A stretch of 35,184 nt of DNA from a virus, in IMG/VR virus record IMGVR_UViG_3300027860_000002, one strand, 5' to 3'. Every line of letters starts with the position of its first letter. Positions within the stretch are counted from its first letter, which is position 1. The notes under the pieces were generated by a model. That model was not told the DNA's origin. It saw only the letters and a list, made by a program, of their open reading frames with translations, and ran no database searches. Both the position numbers and the translations under genes were made by a program. Shown here one piece after another: positions 16,398-24,713 of this stretch.

Positions 16398-16488
16398 TTT
16401 TACTCCATCTAAATATATAAAGTTTCGTTATTTGCACTATCCCGAGTACCGTTAATTGCAATGCTAATACATAATACCAATACCACAT
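16384..16488 (-). CDS. Possible small membrane protein (34 aa)
   Basis: AAGGAA precedes the ATG. Product MWYWYYVLALQLTVLGIVQITKLYIFRWSKNDQL. Overlaps the next small ORF. Confidence 0.25.
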   Translation of the reverse strand: MWYWYYVLALQLTVLGIVQITKLYIFRWSKNDQL

Positions 16489-16547
16489 ATTGTTCCTTTT
16501 TAGGCTCAGTCGCCGACATTATGCCGACAACTGAGTTAATTAATTTA

Positions 16548-17135
16548 CTATATAGCACCTGTTGCAGTACCTACAGCAATACTTCCACCGATAGCAACCA
16601 CATTTGATAAAGGCTCTATAACAAAAGGAGTAACAACACAATTTAATGTTGCCGATGTTACGGTGCCGACACCCGGACAAACAATATCACCACCAACTTG
16701 TATACCAAAAAGTACACCTTGCCAGACGCCGTGAACTATAGCCTTACCACCCCAGAATCCTATCCATGCACCACCAAGTCCATTTTGCTGGAGTTGAATT
16801 TCTGATTCATCGAAGTAGTATTTACCATCTTCGCCTTTAATAATAGATTTCTTATCATTCATATACTTTTTAGCAAGAATAGGAGTAAATTTACCTTTCT
16901 TATTAAAATCAAATGCCTTAATTTTGGTGCTTTTTTCAAAAGATATATTCGAAGTGGAAGTATGAAACTTTTTGATTTGCTTTTTATTGATCATTCCATT
17001 CATAGAATCACTATGTTTTTTATCAAAAAATTGGGGTTTACATTTGCTTACTATTGATAACTTTTTCATATCCATAGCTTGAGATGAAACAACAAACAAT
17101 AAACAGGCTGATATTAATGTACGTACAAATTTCAT
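16548..17135 (-). CDS. Secreted or membrane protein (195 aa) with a glycine-zipper-like C-terminus
   Basis: Signal-peptide-like MKFVRTLISACLLFVVSSQAMDMKK. C-terminal GGAWIGFWGGKAIVHG...GGSIAVGTATGAI. Confidence 0.6.
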   Translation of the reverse strand: MKFVRTLISACLLFVVSSQAMDMKKLSIVSKCKPQFFDKKHSDSMNGMINKKQIKKFHTSTSNISFEKSTKIKAFDFNKKGKFTPILAKKYMNDKKSIIKGEDGKYYFDESEIQLQQNGLGGAWIGFWGGKAIVHGVWQGVLFGIQVGGDIVCPGVGTVTSATLNCVVTPFVIEPLSNVVAIGGSIAVGTATGAI

Positions 17136-17143
17136 ATGGTTTC

Positions 17144-17392
17144 CTACTTAGATTCTTGTTTAATTTGGTAAATATCGTTATTAGTTTCTTTAATTGATGG
17201 ACAAAATAGAGTATCAACTACTTTAAAATGCTTAATATTAGCTGATCCTGTTAACGATAAAATTCCATTAATAGCAGAACAGTTTATATTTTGATTAATT
17301 CTTGTAATAGGGGATATTTTAGGTTTTTTATCCATGGCACTCAATGCCCCTGGAAATAACAATAAGCCCAGAATAAATGATCGATGACCCAT
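17144..17392 (-). CDS. Secreted small protein (82 aa)
   Basis: Start moved to ATG 17392, which follows GGAG. Signal-like MGHRSFILGLLLFPGALSAMDKK. Confidence 0.5.
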   Translation of the reverse strand: MGHRSFILGLLLFPGALSAMDKKPKISPITRINQNINCSAINGILSLTGSANIKHFKVVDTLFCPSIKETNNDIYQIKQESK

Positions 17393-17621
17393 GCGAATAC
17401 TCCTGTCCCATAAGGACCTTTTAACGTTATGGTGTAAATAATATGTTACCACGATAGGCCTATCTATTGGCATACAAACTGTGTACAACATTACCACACA
17501 TTATCATGTTGTAAAGCACAAAAAAAATACTTTATTCAGACTGAATGTCGGCAACGTATAGCAATGTATGATAATTTTTGGTATACTTCGCTCAAAATGG
17601 CCTAAACTAAAAGGAGTAGCA

Positions 17622-17807
17622 ATGAAAATAAGTGACTATATGAATATTAATGAAGCTGCAAAATTTTTAGGTATTTCTAAAAATACTTTGAGAAACTGGG
17701 AAAAAAAGAAGAAAATATCTGTACATAGAAACATAGCTAATGGGTATCGTCTTTATAAACGAGAAGAGCTCGAGAAGTTGTTGCAGGAAATAATTACATA
17801 TCAATAA
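17622..17807 (+). CDS. MerR/excisionase-type helix-turn-helix protein (61 aa)
   Basis: AAAGGAG RBS. NINEAAKFLGISKNTLRNWEKKKKI...GYRLYKREELEKLL. Confidence 0.6.
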   Translation: MKISDYMNINEAAKFLGISKNTLRNWEKKKKISVHRNIANGYRLYKREELEKLLQEIITYQ

Positions 17808-18207
17808 GATCTACCATAGGAACCATATTGGTATCAATCTTTCTATCATCGTATCGTATACCTTTATCATCTTCGCTTGGATCATAAATAACTACCTGGC
17901 AATGGTTATCTAATATAAAAGAAGTAAATATATGAAAATAGCCCAAAGAACCAATGAAATTGTTGCTGTAAAATCTTTTGGGAATTACAGTGCCAGTCAT
18001 TGATAAAATTTCTTTCTTAGGGATAAATCCACACCCATTTTTAAACTTTTTTTCATGAAGCGCTGGAATATAGAGGGCATAGCCTTTTCGCACAGCAATA
18101 CATCCGTATTCATCGTCTATAGAAGGTTCATATGTCTCTATAATCTTACGAAAGAGATCATCAACCTTACGGCGTAGATCCATGTTGCAGTTTGGGCTAT
18201 AGCTCAT
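17794..18207 (-). CDS. Hypothetical protein (137 aa)
   Basis: ORF track. Confidence 0.5.
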   Translation of the reverse strand: MSYSPNCNMDLRRKVDDLFRKIIETYEPSIDDEYGCIAVRKGYALYIPALHEKKFKNGCGFIPKKEILSMTGTVIPKRFYSNNFIGSLGYFHIFTSFILDNHCQVVIYDPSEDDKGIRYDDRKIDTNMVPMVDLIDM

Positions 18208-18400
18208 CTGGCTTCTCCGGGAGCTCCATCCAATGGGTTATCTCATTTAAATCATAATAAAAACCATCACTATTAACTATATAATAAGGACCATCTGCTT
18301 CAAAAAATATATCAATTCCATCATCTGTATGCCCCAAAAATGGTCGATCTTGGGGTGGTAATTGTTCGATCGACTTAATCCATTTCACGGCGGCCCTCAT
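18197..18400 (-). CDS. DUF551-like small protein (67 aa)
   Basis: VKWIKSIEQLPPQDRPFL...ITHWMELPEKP fits the W-I-x-x-x-x-LP ... THWMPLP pattern I recall for DUF551. Confidence 0.55.
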   Translation of the reverse strand: MRAAVKWIKSIEQLPPQDRPFLGHTDDGIDIFFEADGPYYIVNSDGFYYDLNEITHWMELPEKPDEL

Positions 18401-18716
18401 ATTTGTTTTTTACATCCAATGGTAATTCCGGAATATCACGCCAATAAGTCAGAACATTAAAGAACTCTTCATCAGATGGTCTATTCTGTATTTTACAACC
18501 GGTGCAGCAACTTATATTAATATACAATCCCGCTTCCGGATCTTGATAGCGCGTTGCTTCATCATTCCAATAGCACATCAAAATAATATAAACATTGTCA
18601 TACTTGGTATGCAAAGCTAAGAATTCTCTATCTCTTGGCGGCAATTGCTCACTAGACTTAATCCATTTCACAAAGTTCCTTAATATTAGTCGGTATGATA
18701 ACTCGTGTTTCATCAA
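18375..18716 (-). CDS. DUF551-like protein, tandem paralogue. Start uncertain (GTG at 18671 is possible)
   Basis: VKWIKSSEQLPPRDREFL...LTYWRDIPELP. The DNA GTGAAATGGATTAAGTC is repeated at both paralogue starts. Confidence 0.5.
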   Translation of the reverse strand: MMKHELSYRLILRNFVKWIKSSEQLPPRDREFLALHTKYDNVYIILMCYWNDEATRYQDPEAGLYINISCCTGCKIQNRPSDEEFFNVLTYWRDIPELPLDVKNKYEGRREMD

Positions 18717-18912
18717 GGTATACTACAAAGTATATGTTTCCATCCTTATCTGCTAGTTCTATCAGGAACTGTATATCGTTCTCATTAAGTTCACTTATAC
18801 AGTGTTTGTAATAGTTATCTACCGTCTTCCACTCGCCAAAGAATTCCTCACTATCGAAAGCGGTAATAGGAGCAAAAAGAAGGTAGCAAGTAAGATATAG
18901 AAAATACTTCAT
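18658..18912 (-). CDS. Secreted small protein (84 aa)
   Basis: Start moved to ATG 18912 (MKYFLYLTCYLLFAPITA). The longer ORF-track start would run through a terminator. Confidence 0.5.
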   Translation of the reverse strand: MKYFLYLTCYLLFAPITAFDSEEFFGEWKTVDNYYKHCISELNENDIQFLIELADKDGNIYFVVYLDETRVIIPTNIKELCEMD

Positions 18913-18976
18913 AGATAGCATTCCTTTGATATTTTGAAGATTACCGTTCAAAATAGTATATATTTTTTCTACGTAT

Positions 18977-19006
18977 AAAAAACCCCCAGGCGGAGATGAC
19001 TGGGGG
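18977..19006 (-). terminator. Rho-independent terminator after the scaffold-like gene
   Basis: Minus strand reads CCCCCAG-10 nt-CTGGGGG followed by TTTTTT. Confidence 0.7.
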
Positions 19007-19032
19007 TATGAATAAGGAGAGAGCAATGAATA

Positions 19033-19755
19033 TTATCGGTTCTTTTTAGCTTCTTGCATTTCCTTAAAAAGATTCTTCTTCAATTCCGGCGTTAATCCCT
19101 CTGCAAAGGCATTAGCGCGAGATAATGGAGATTCACCTGATTGTGGCGATACAGAAGTTAAAGGACGAGGTTTAGCAGTATTAGCCTGCACTCTATTTCG
19201 GTCGGCTGCATACTGTTCATCGGGCGCTATATTCAGCTTCTTGATCAGAGTATAGGCTGCTACTGCTTGTGTGTATACATCAGAGTTTGAATTAATTGAT
19301 GCAGCTATTTCAGGGTACTCTTCCCGTAAACTAGCTATCGTATCTTTGGTCACTACTTTATCAAAATCCCCGAACTGAGCCTTAATACGAGCCTCAGCGG
19401 TCATAGCAGAATTAGTCTGCTTATAGGATTCTATTTCTTTTTTGAGATCGCGTAACTCTTGCTTAACCTTTTTAAGATGCTTCCCCTCCACAAGATCATC
19501 ATCAGCAAAACCAGGGCTATCATCAGCAGATAGAGTGTTGGAGCGCTGTTGTTCTTGCATGACTCGGGCAAGTTCTCTTTCCAGGTAATCTGTGCGTTCA
19601 GCTTTTTCTCTGAGGCGCCTAATGTTTTGTTCATTTGGATTTGCTTGTGCAGGTGGCGTGGGCTGTGCCGCAACATCCACTTGTGTAGTATCATGAGATT
19701 GTTCTCCGTTCTCCGATACATTATCTATAACTTGATCTAAGGTTTGTTCTTCCAT
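19033..19755 (-). CDS. Scaffolding-like protein (240 aa)
   Basis: Acidic, charged helical composition (ERELARVMQEQQ, KKVKQELRDLKKEIESYKQ). Lies between portal and capsid. Confidence 0.45.
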   Translation of the reverse strand: MEEQTLDQVIDNVSENGEQSHDTTQVDVAAQPTPPAQANPNEQNIRRLREKAERTDYLERELARVMQEQQRSNTLSADDSPGFADDDLVEGKHLKKVKQELRDLKKEIESYKQTNSAMTAEARIKAQFGDFDKVVTKDTIASLREEYPEIAASINSNSDVYTQAVAAYTLIKKLNIAPDEQYAADRNRVQANTAKPRPLTSVSPQSGESPLSRANAFAEGLTPELKKNLFKEMQEAKKNR

Positions 19756-19762
19756 GCTTCTC

Positions 19763-20242
19763 CTATATATCTAAAAGGGGTGAATCTACTTGCTCTTTAT
19801 TCAGTTTTTTTGAGAGGCGATAAAGTGTTCCGTCAGCAAAATCTAATATGTGTTGGAGTAGTTGCCGCTCTTCGGGTACTACCTGTAATGCATTTTCTCT
19901 ATAGGTAAGACACGCTTCTCGATCCGGTATACACCAGAGATACTCAATCTGTTCACTCTCATGGTTATATTTATATACTGCCTGATCGTAATCAGGAGTC
20001 GGGCATGAATCACGCGCTATGAAATAATTACGCAGAATAGGTTGTAGTAACTTCTCGCGCTTCGTTATAACGCAAACAAAAAAGGACCGTGGTTGTATCT
20101 TTTTATAGTTTTCGACACAATCTACCAGCTCATCAATATATTTCTTCTGAAGTTCTCTTTGTAGTTCTATTGGATCTCTTGATTCGGGCTCCTTCAGGAG
20201 AGCATCGTATGCAAGAGATCCTAGTGTAGTGGTCTTTTCCAT
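19763..20242 (-). CDS. Hypothetical protein (159 aa)
   Basis: ORF track. Confidence 0.55.
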   Translation of the reverse strand: MEKTTTLGSLAYDALLKEPESRDPIELQRELQKKYIDELVDCVENYKKIQPRSFFVCVITKREKLLQPILRNYFIARDSCPTPDYDQAVYKYNHESEQIEYLWCIPDREACLTYRENALQVVPEERQLLQHILDFADGTLYRLSKKLNKEQVDSPLLDI

Positions 20243-20261
20243 GTATCTCCGCTTACAAGGC

Positions 20262-20444
20262 TTATTTACCGCAGGATGAACATTTCTTTTTCATTTTACG
20301 TGCTTCGCTTAGAGCTATTGCTTCAGCCTGGTCACGCTTTTTAACAACAGGACCCTTCTTAGAACCAGAATGAAGCTTACCTTCTTTCCATTCATGCATT
20401 ACTTTTTCAATTTTTTTCTTGGCTTTAGTCATCTTTTTTTTCAT
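20262..20444 (-). CDS. Small basic protein (60 aa)
   Basis: KVMHEWKEGKLHSGSKKGPVVKKRDQAEAIALSEARK, a widespread small-protein pattern. Confidence 0.55.
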   Translation of the reverse strand: MKKKMTKAKKKIEKVMHEWKEGKLHSGSKKGPVVKKRDQAEAIALSEARKMKKKCSSCGK

Positions 20445-20445
20445 T

Positions 20446-20559
20446 TTATTTCCTTTTAAGTGGCATTTCTTTAGAGGGCATGCTCATGCATTTACCGCAG
20501 TCACATTTCATGGTGTGTATTTTTTTAGATTTAGGTTTTTTTGCTTTTTGTTTAGCCAT
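20446..20559 (-). CDS. Possible small basic Cys-containing protein (37 aa)
   Basis: ATG overlaps the upstream stop (TAATG). The gap to the next gene is 1 nt. Product MAKQKAKKPKSKKIHTMKCDCGKCMSMPSKEMPLKRK. Confidence 0.45.
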   Translation of the reverse strand: MAKQKAKKPKSKKIHTMKCDCGKCMSMPSKEMPLKRK

Positions 20560-20867
20560 TACTTTCCTTCACGCTTGTCATGGCGCTTTTTAAGTTGGGG
20601 AAACTTTTTGTAAACAGAGGCGCGTATACCTTCTGGATTGGGAGCATAATGAGCATAAGATAATGCCGCGCGAGCGTGCTTAAGAGTATTAATGGGAAAA
20701 CTATACTTAGAGGTCCCACCCGCTTCCCCTGCAAACTCCGAAGGCTTAACCGATGTATAGCGTCCTGTATTAGATCCGCCCCTTTTTGCTCTGAGTTTTT
20801 CTTCTTTTTCTCGAGGTACTTTAACACCTTTTGCGACGGTAACTTCTCGTTTTTTTTTCATGGTCAT
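20559..20867 (-). CDS. Hypothetical basic protein (102 aa)
   Basis: ORF track. Chosen over the overlapping 20552-20827 frame because it is longer and packs better in the operon. Confidence 0.55.
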   Translation of the reverse strand: MTMKKKREVTVAKGVKVPREKEEKLRAKRGGSNTGRYTSVKPSEFAGEAGGTSKYSFPINTLKHARAALSYAHYAPNPEGIRASVYKKFPQLKKRHDKREGK

Positions 20868-20894
20868 TTTCCAAGGTAGTTTATGCTGTTTTAT

Positions 20895-20928
20895 GGTTAA
20901 AAAACAGGGTAGGGAATGACCCCTACCT
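20895..20928 (-). terminator. Rho-independent terminator
   Basis: Hairpin 20907-20928: stem GGGTAGGG / CCCTACCT, closing with a G.U pair. On the minus strand it is followed by TGTTTTTT. Confidence 0.55.
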
Positions 20929-21075
20929 TATAAATCTGCTATCTTCAGCATCCAGCTCACGTCGTTGTCGTCGCTTCTTTGGTGTCTCTTTAACCTTCTG
21001 CATACATGGAGGAACACCGATGATCTTAAATGCTATTTTAGTGGCCTTTTTATTGGGCCGTGGCATAGCAGGCAT
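20923..21075 (-). CDS. Possible small basic protein (50 aa)
   Basis: ATG overlaps the upstream TGA (TGATG). Product MPAMPRPNKKATKIAFKIIGVPPCMQKVKETPKKRRQRRELDAEDSRFIR. Confidence 0.4.
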   Translation of the reverse strand: MPAMPRPNKKATKIAFKIIGVPPCMQKVKETPKKRRQRRELDAEDSRFIR

Positions 21076-21404
21076 CAGGAGTCCATATTCATCATCTTTT
21101 GATGACGTCGACCGCGAAACATGGTTTGGTACTCCTGCTGGGGTAAGTTTGCTATGGCACGCTCATCTTCATGAACCAAGTTACTGTCTAAGCGTTCATT
21201 GCGACGCCGAGGATCACCCGCCTCATAAAATATGTTACGCATATCGATATTTTGGATCATATTTCCTTGCTGCATTTCCATAGCCCGCTTACGCAAAGCC
21301 TGGGCATCCATGCGTTTATCAACAGGCGCTTCACGCATAACAGGAGAATTATCCTTGTTAAGCTTGGCAGCGTGTTGCGGGAATTTTGGCACTTTTACGC
21401 GCAT
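21075..21404 (-). CDS. Hypothetical protein (109 aa), paralogue of 21414-21704
   Basis: Shared motif HEDERAIANLPQQ versus GEDHHAIANMPQH. Confidence 0.55.
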   Translation of the reverse strand: MRVKVPKFPQHAAKLNKDNSPVMREAPVDKRMDAQALRKRAMEMQQGNMIQNIDMRNIFYEAGDPRRRNERLDSNLVHEDERAIANLPQQEYQTMFRGRRHQKMMNMDS

Positions 21405-21413
21405 AGATTCTCC

Positions 21414-21704
21414 TTAGAACATTTCAGGATGAGGTCTTTGCTTCTTAAACTTAGCATCGCTTTTGCGCTGTGTATCAATACCTGAAATGGTGTCATCAAG
21501 GTGATAATCAACATAATCATAAGCCTTAGGCCAACTGCGCATAACAACATGTTGTGGCATATTTGCTATAGCGTGGTGGTCTTCTCCAATCATATGAGAA
21601 TTTTCACGATCCTGTTCAGATCTCATTGATTTACCAGCATACATTTCACGACCACGGTACTCTTCTGTGTTACTGTGTCTTTTGCTGTTGTGATACTTTT
21701 TCAT
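21414..21704 (-). CDS. Hypothetical protein (96 aa), paralogue of 21075-21404
   Basis: Shared ED..AIAN(M/L)PQ motif. Confidence 0.55.
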   Translation of the reverse strand: MKKYHNSKRHSNTEEYRGREMYAGKSMRSEQDRENSHMIGEDHHAIANMPQHVVMRSWPKAYDYVDYHLDDTISGIDTQRKSDAKFKKQRPHPEMF

Positions 21705-21757
21705 AATACCCTCGTAGAAATGGGCTTATGCCCAGGTTAATAATAAACTACCTCTAA

Positions 21758-23845
21758 CTACGCAGGAGTTAATCCCTGCAATACATCTAATGATCCCTCT
21801 TGTTGTTTGTTTGTAGGTGTTCTCTGCGGAACACGTTGAGCTGGATTATGCTGTACACCGCGTTCACTTTCCATCGACAAACCTTTGGCAAGAGAGATCA
21901 AATTTCCTAAGTTGGCAATATCAATGCCTTCAAGCTCTTTAAGTGCTTTAACGAAATCAAGCAATGAAGCATAGTGGTCACGTTCAGCTTGTGCTTTACG
22001 TTCGATAGCCAAAGCCTGATTCTCTTGTACTCTACTCATACGCTCAACGCCAAGCCCCTGATCTGCGGTTGCTCGTGCTTGAGCAAGTTCAGTACGGGCC
22101 TGTTGTTCTTGGAGGGCTGATTGCATCTGCATCTGTTGCATTTGTTGCTGCTGCTGTTGGTTTTTCTGCATGATTTCAATGAGTTTTTTCTTATTTTGTA
22201 GAGTAGCAGATTCAACCAACGACTCATCAGGAATGGGCACACCCAGTTCCCTAAGCTGTAAGAGCTGAGCAAACTCCATCTGTTTTTGGGTAGCAGTGTT
22301 AAGACCATCCTCAACCACACAGTCATAAATACCAAAAGCCTTGTTGTAGAATTGATCAGAGGGCTGTTCCTTAAGGATCTTTTGTATCTTGCCCGGAGTA
22401 TAATTAGACTGCACTGCTTCAATAAGTATGCGGCCAAGTAGTTTTTGCGACTGATCTAGTTGATCAAAAAGCGGCTGTAAGGTAGTAAGTCCTGCACCTT
22501 GCCGTAGCATAGATAACACGCCTGCCTTATCATCCATAGCGCTGCCCAAAAGCTCTTCGTTCACACCCGATATTTGGTTAATTTCGTTAGCCAATCCCTC
22601 AGATAATTGGAACATAGAAGGAGGTATTTGGGGTGCTGGTATCTGCATCACATCAGTCATTAATGCACTATCCTTCAGCGCCAATCCACGTCCTTGATTA
22701 GAGAGAAAAACGTCCTTAGGATTAACCAAAGCGTTCTCTTTATAGATCCAGCCAGAGTTGATTTGAGATTCAAGGATATCAAGCTCAATTACTTTGCGGC
22801 GTGAGTAGAGATACTGAGCGTCACGTAGTCCACGCACCACACCCTGTATGCGCAAATAGTAGTAGGGCGACTGTGGATTGTAGTAGGTCAGCACAGGGAC
22901 AAATGGATAGCGATCTATACCCAAAGTATTCGGACCGTCGTAGAGCACCTTACCCTGTACAACGATGCCTACTTTAACTGTCGGTATGGTTGTTTCTATA
23001 ACGGTCACTTGTGGATAAGTTCGAAGAAATTCCTTCAAGCGATCTTCATCCTGAGAGCGCCACTCAGTAGTTTCGCCCGTTTGTGAATCTACCAGTAATT
23101 TTTGTTGCCTAAAGTCTTGGTAATGGAATTCATCATAAGCCATGAGATTTTTATATGACCAACCATAGTTTTCTGGCATGTATTGGAACTTTGCGTCTTT
23201 TGAAGGAGCGGACGCATTAACCATGATGCTCATAATCTCATCTTCTTTGTCAGGCATAAGCGATATAATCTCACGCTTGGTCATATACGAGCGCTTCCAT
23301 ATGCCACGGCAATCAGAGAGGTCTGCTTTGCGGAAGTAAGGATCTATAAGGAACTCATTATATTCACACTTGTTAACGCGTAAGGTACCTGAAACAGGAT
23401 CTTTGCGGAAATCATTCCATACTTCTAGTAGAGTCATGCCAGTCGTTAATGAACCGTAAAATGCATCAGATATTGTTTCAAGTATGCCATCTTGGTGTGC
23501 TACATGCATAAGTACTTTAGTGAACTGATCTGCCGTCATATCATCAGCGTTCTCTATGGGAACAGCAATCATAGACTTGCGGGTACGTCGTTGATGGCCA
23601 GATATCATGTTAATAACACGCCGTATGCGATTAAAATTGAATAACCTGCGACGATTGGCGGGAACATTGGGGTAAAGCTCAGACCAAAGATTAACTTCAC
23701 CTGAGATAAATCTATTGTCGATATCAGCTTCTGCCCAAAAGGACTGATTAAGCGTAATACTTTCAGAATAGAAGTCTGTCATTCGGTATAAGAGTGGACG
23801 ATCTTTCTCATCCGCGTATTCGGGCATGAGTTGGGGAAATATCAT
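21758..23845 (-). CDS. Portal protein (695 aa)
   Basis: Called on size, position between TerL and scaffold/capsid, and a Q-rich helical C-terminus. Family assignment is from memory only. Confidence 0.6.
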   Translation of the reverse strand: MIFPQLMPEYADEKDRPLLYRMTDFYSESITLNQSFWAEADIDNRFISGEVNLWSELYPNVPANRRRLFNFNRIRRVINMISGHQRRTRKSMIAVPIENADDMTADQFTKVLMHVAHQDGILETISDAFYGSLTTGMTLLEVWNDFRKDPVSGTLRVNKCEYNEFLIDPYFRKADLSDCRGIWKRSYMTKREIISLMPDKEDEIMSIMVNASAPSKDAKFQYMPENYGWSYKNLMAYDEFHYQDFRQQKLLVDSQTGETTEWRSQDEDRLKEFLRTYPQVTVIETTIPTVKVGIVVQGKVLYDGPNTLGIDRYPFVPVLTYYNPQSPYYYLRIQGVVRGLRDAQYLYSRRKVIELDILESQINSGWIYKENALVNPKDVFLSNQGRGLALKDSALMTDVMQIPAPQIPPSMFQLSEGLANEINQISGVNEELLGSAMDDKAGVLSMLRQGAGLTTLQPLFDQLDQSQKLLGRILIEAVQSNYTPGKIQKILKEQPSDQFYNKAFGIYDCVVEDGLNTATQKQMEFAQLLQLRELGVPIPDESLVESATLQNKKKLIEIMQKNQQQQQQMQQMQMQSALQEQQARTELAQARATADQGLGVERMSRVQENQALAIERKAQAERDHYASLLDFVKALKELEGIDIANLGNLISLAKGLSMESERGVQHNPAQRVPQRTPTNKQQEGSLDVLQGLTPA

Positions 23846-23940
23846 ATTGCTACTTCCTATGGCATATAGAGGGATGGAGCTCCATAGGAAAACATAGAAC
23901 TAAAAATAATAAGAATACAAGAAGTGATGGAGAACTATTT

Positions 23941-24014
23941 TGGTAACCTGTAAAGGAATCGAACCTTTTCCTCTGGGCTGAAAACCCAGGGTTCTACCAA
24001 TAAACTAACAGGTC
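23941..24014 (-). tRNA. tRNA with anticodon UUC (Glu), CCA encoded
   Basis: Hand-folded cloverleaf: acceptor GACCTGT/ACAGGTT, D arm GTTT-ATTGGTA-GAAC, anticodon stem CTGGG/CCCAG with loop TTTTCAG, T arm AAAGG-TTCGATT-CCTTT. Confidence 0.75.
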
Positions 24015-24022
24015 ATGAAAAA

Positions 24023-24054
24023 GACCCGGGAACAAAAATATAAAAACCCGGGCC
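24023..24054 (-). terminator. CCCGGG hairpin with a T-run between the two tRNA-type genes (terminator or processing signal)
   Basis: Minus strand reads CCCGGG-16 nt-CCCGGG then TCTTTTTC. Confidence 0.3.
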
Positions 24055-24109
24055 ATGAAGTGTGTCTCATTGAAGAATAGGTATGGTAGCGTGCACGCTT
24101 TAAGTCAAA

Positions 24110-24207
24110 AAACCCGAGTTGGATTCGAACCAACGTCCCGATCGCCCGAAATTACAACTAATAATCTCGTATACCTGGCAACCACTCTACCGCTGAGCTA
24201 TCGGGTA
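24110..24207 (-). tRNA. Atypical 98-nt tRNA-like gene with an extended anticodon arm
   Basis: Canonical TA-GCTC-AGCGGTA-GAGT D arm, GTTGG-TTCGAAT-CCAAC T arm and 6/7-bp acceptor stem. Between them lies GTTGCC-AGGTATA-[CGAGATTA-TTAGTTG-TAATTTCG]-GGCGAT instead of a 17-nt anticodon arm. No CCA is encoded. Confidence 0.55.
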
Positions 24208-24264
24208 TTTTTTCCGTCTATACCATTCCCAGACTACTAAAAAAGAATGGTATTATGCAAGAAG

Positions 24265-24298
24265 CAAAAAAGGCCCCGTAGTATACACTAGCAGGGCC
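24265..24298 (-). terminator. Rho-independent terminator after the RHH gene
   Basis: Minus strand reads GGCCC-loop-GGGCC followed by TTTTTTGC. Confidence 0.6.
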
Positions 24299-24314
24299 TC
24301 AACTATAAGGAAAT

Positions 24315-24452
24315 CTAGTTACCGTTGTTGATGTACTCAGTGAGAGCGGCTACGATTATTTCTTTTTGCGTTATCCTTTGTTCAAACGCCATTCTCCTCA
24401 AGATTTCGTAGAGCTCTTGAGGTAAAAAAACACTAATTCTTATTTCATCCAC
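24315..24452 (-). CDS. Ribbon-helix-helix protein (45 aa)
   Basis: GGAGG, 6 nt, then GTG. Product VDEIRISVFLPQELYEILRRMAFEQRITQKEIIVAALTEYINNGN has the classic beta-alpha-alpha layout. Below the ORF-track cutoff. Confidence 0.55.
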   Translation of the reverse strand: MDEIRISVFLPQELYEILRRMAFEQRITQKEIIVAALTEYINNGN

Positions 24453-24484
24453 TCTGATCCTCCATTATAACTAAACATGATCTT

Positions 24485-24580
24485 TGAGCTTTTTTTATAA
24501 ACTGAGTGAGCATTATAATACTATTTCTATGTATGAAATTTTTACGGTAAGCCAACATGAGCAAAAAAAGCTTTATGAGT
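24485..24580 (+). repeat. TGAG(C/T) motif cluster, 5 copies in plus orientation
   Basis: TGAGC at 24485, 24507 and 24558. TGAGT at 24503 and 24576. Confidence 0.7.
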
Positions 24581-24713
24581 TTTATAGAGACATTCATATT
24601 CCAATATAAGTCTTTGATCTATTGTTTTTTATGTAATTGCTCGTAAGATCCTAGAATATTTTATGATCTTGTACCATCCATATGAACTATATGCTAAAAT
24701 ACTATGATTTTTT

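Noticed and set aside
22036-22437. 133-aa alternative-frame ORF inside the portal gene
   Set aside because: It lies entirely within the 695-aa portal ORF on the same strand. Its product is low-complexity, and it has no independent signals.
24055-24240. 61-aa plus-strand ORF
   Set aside because: It lies across the tRNA-like gene and its flanks. The tRNA arms explain the sequence better, and no RBS is present.
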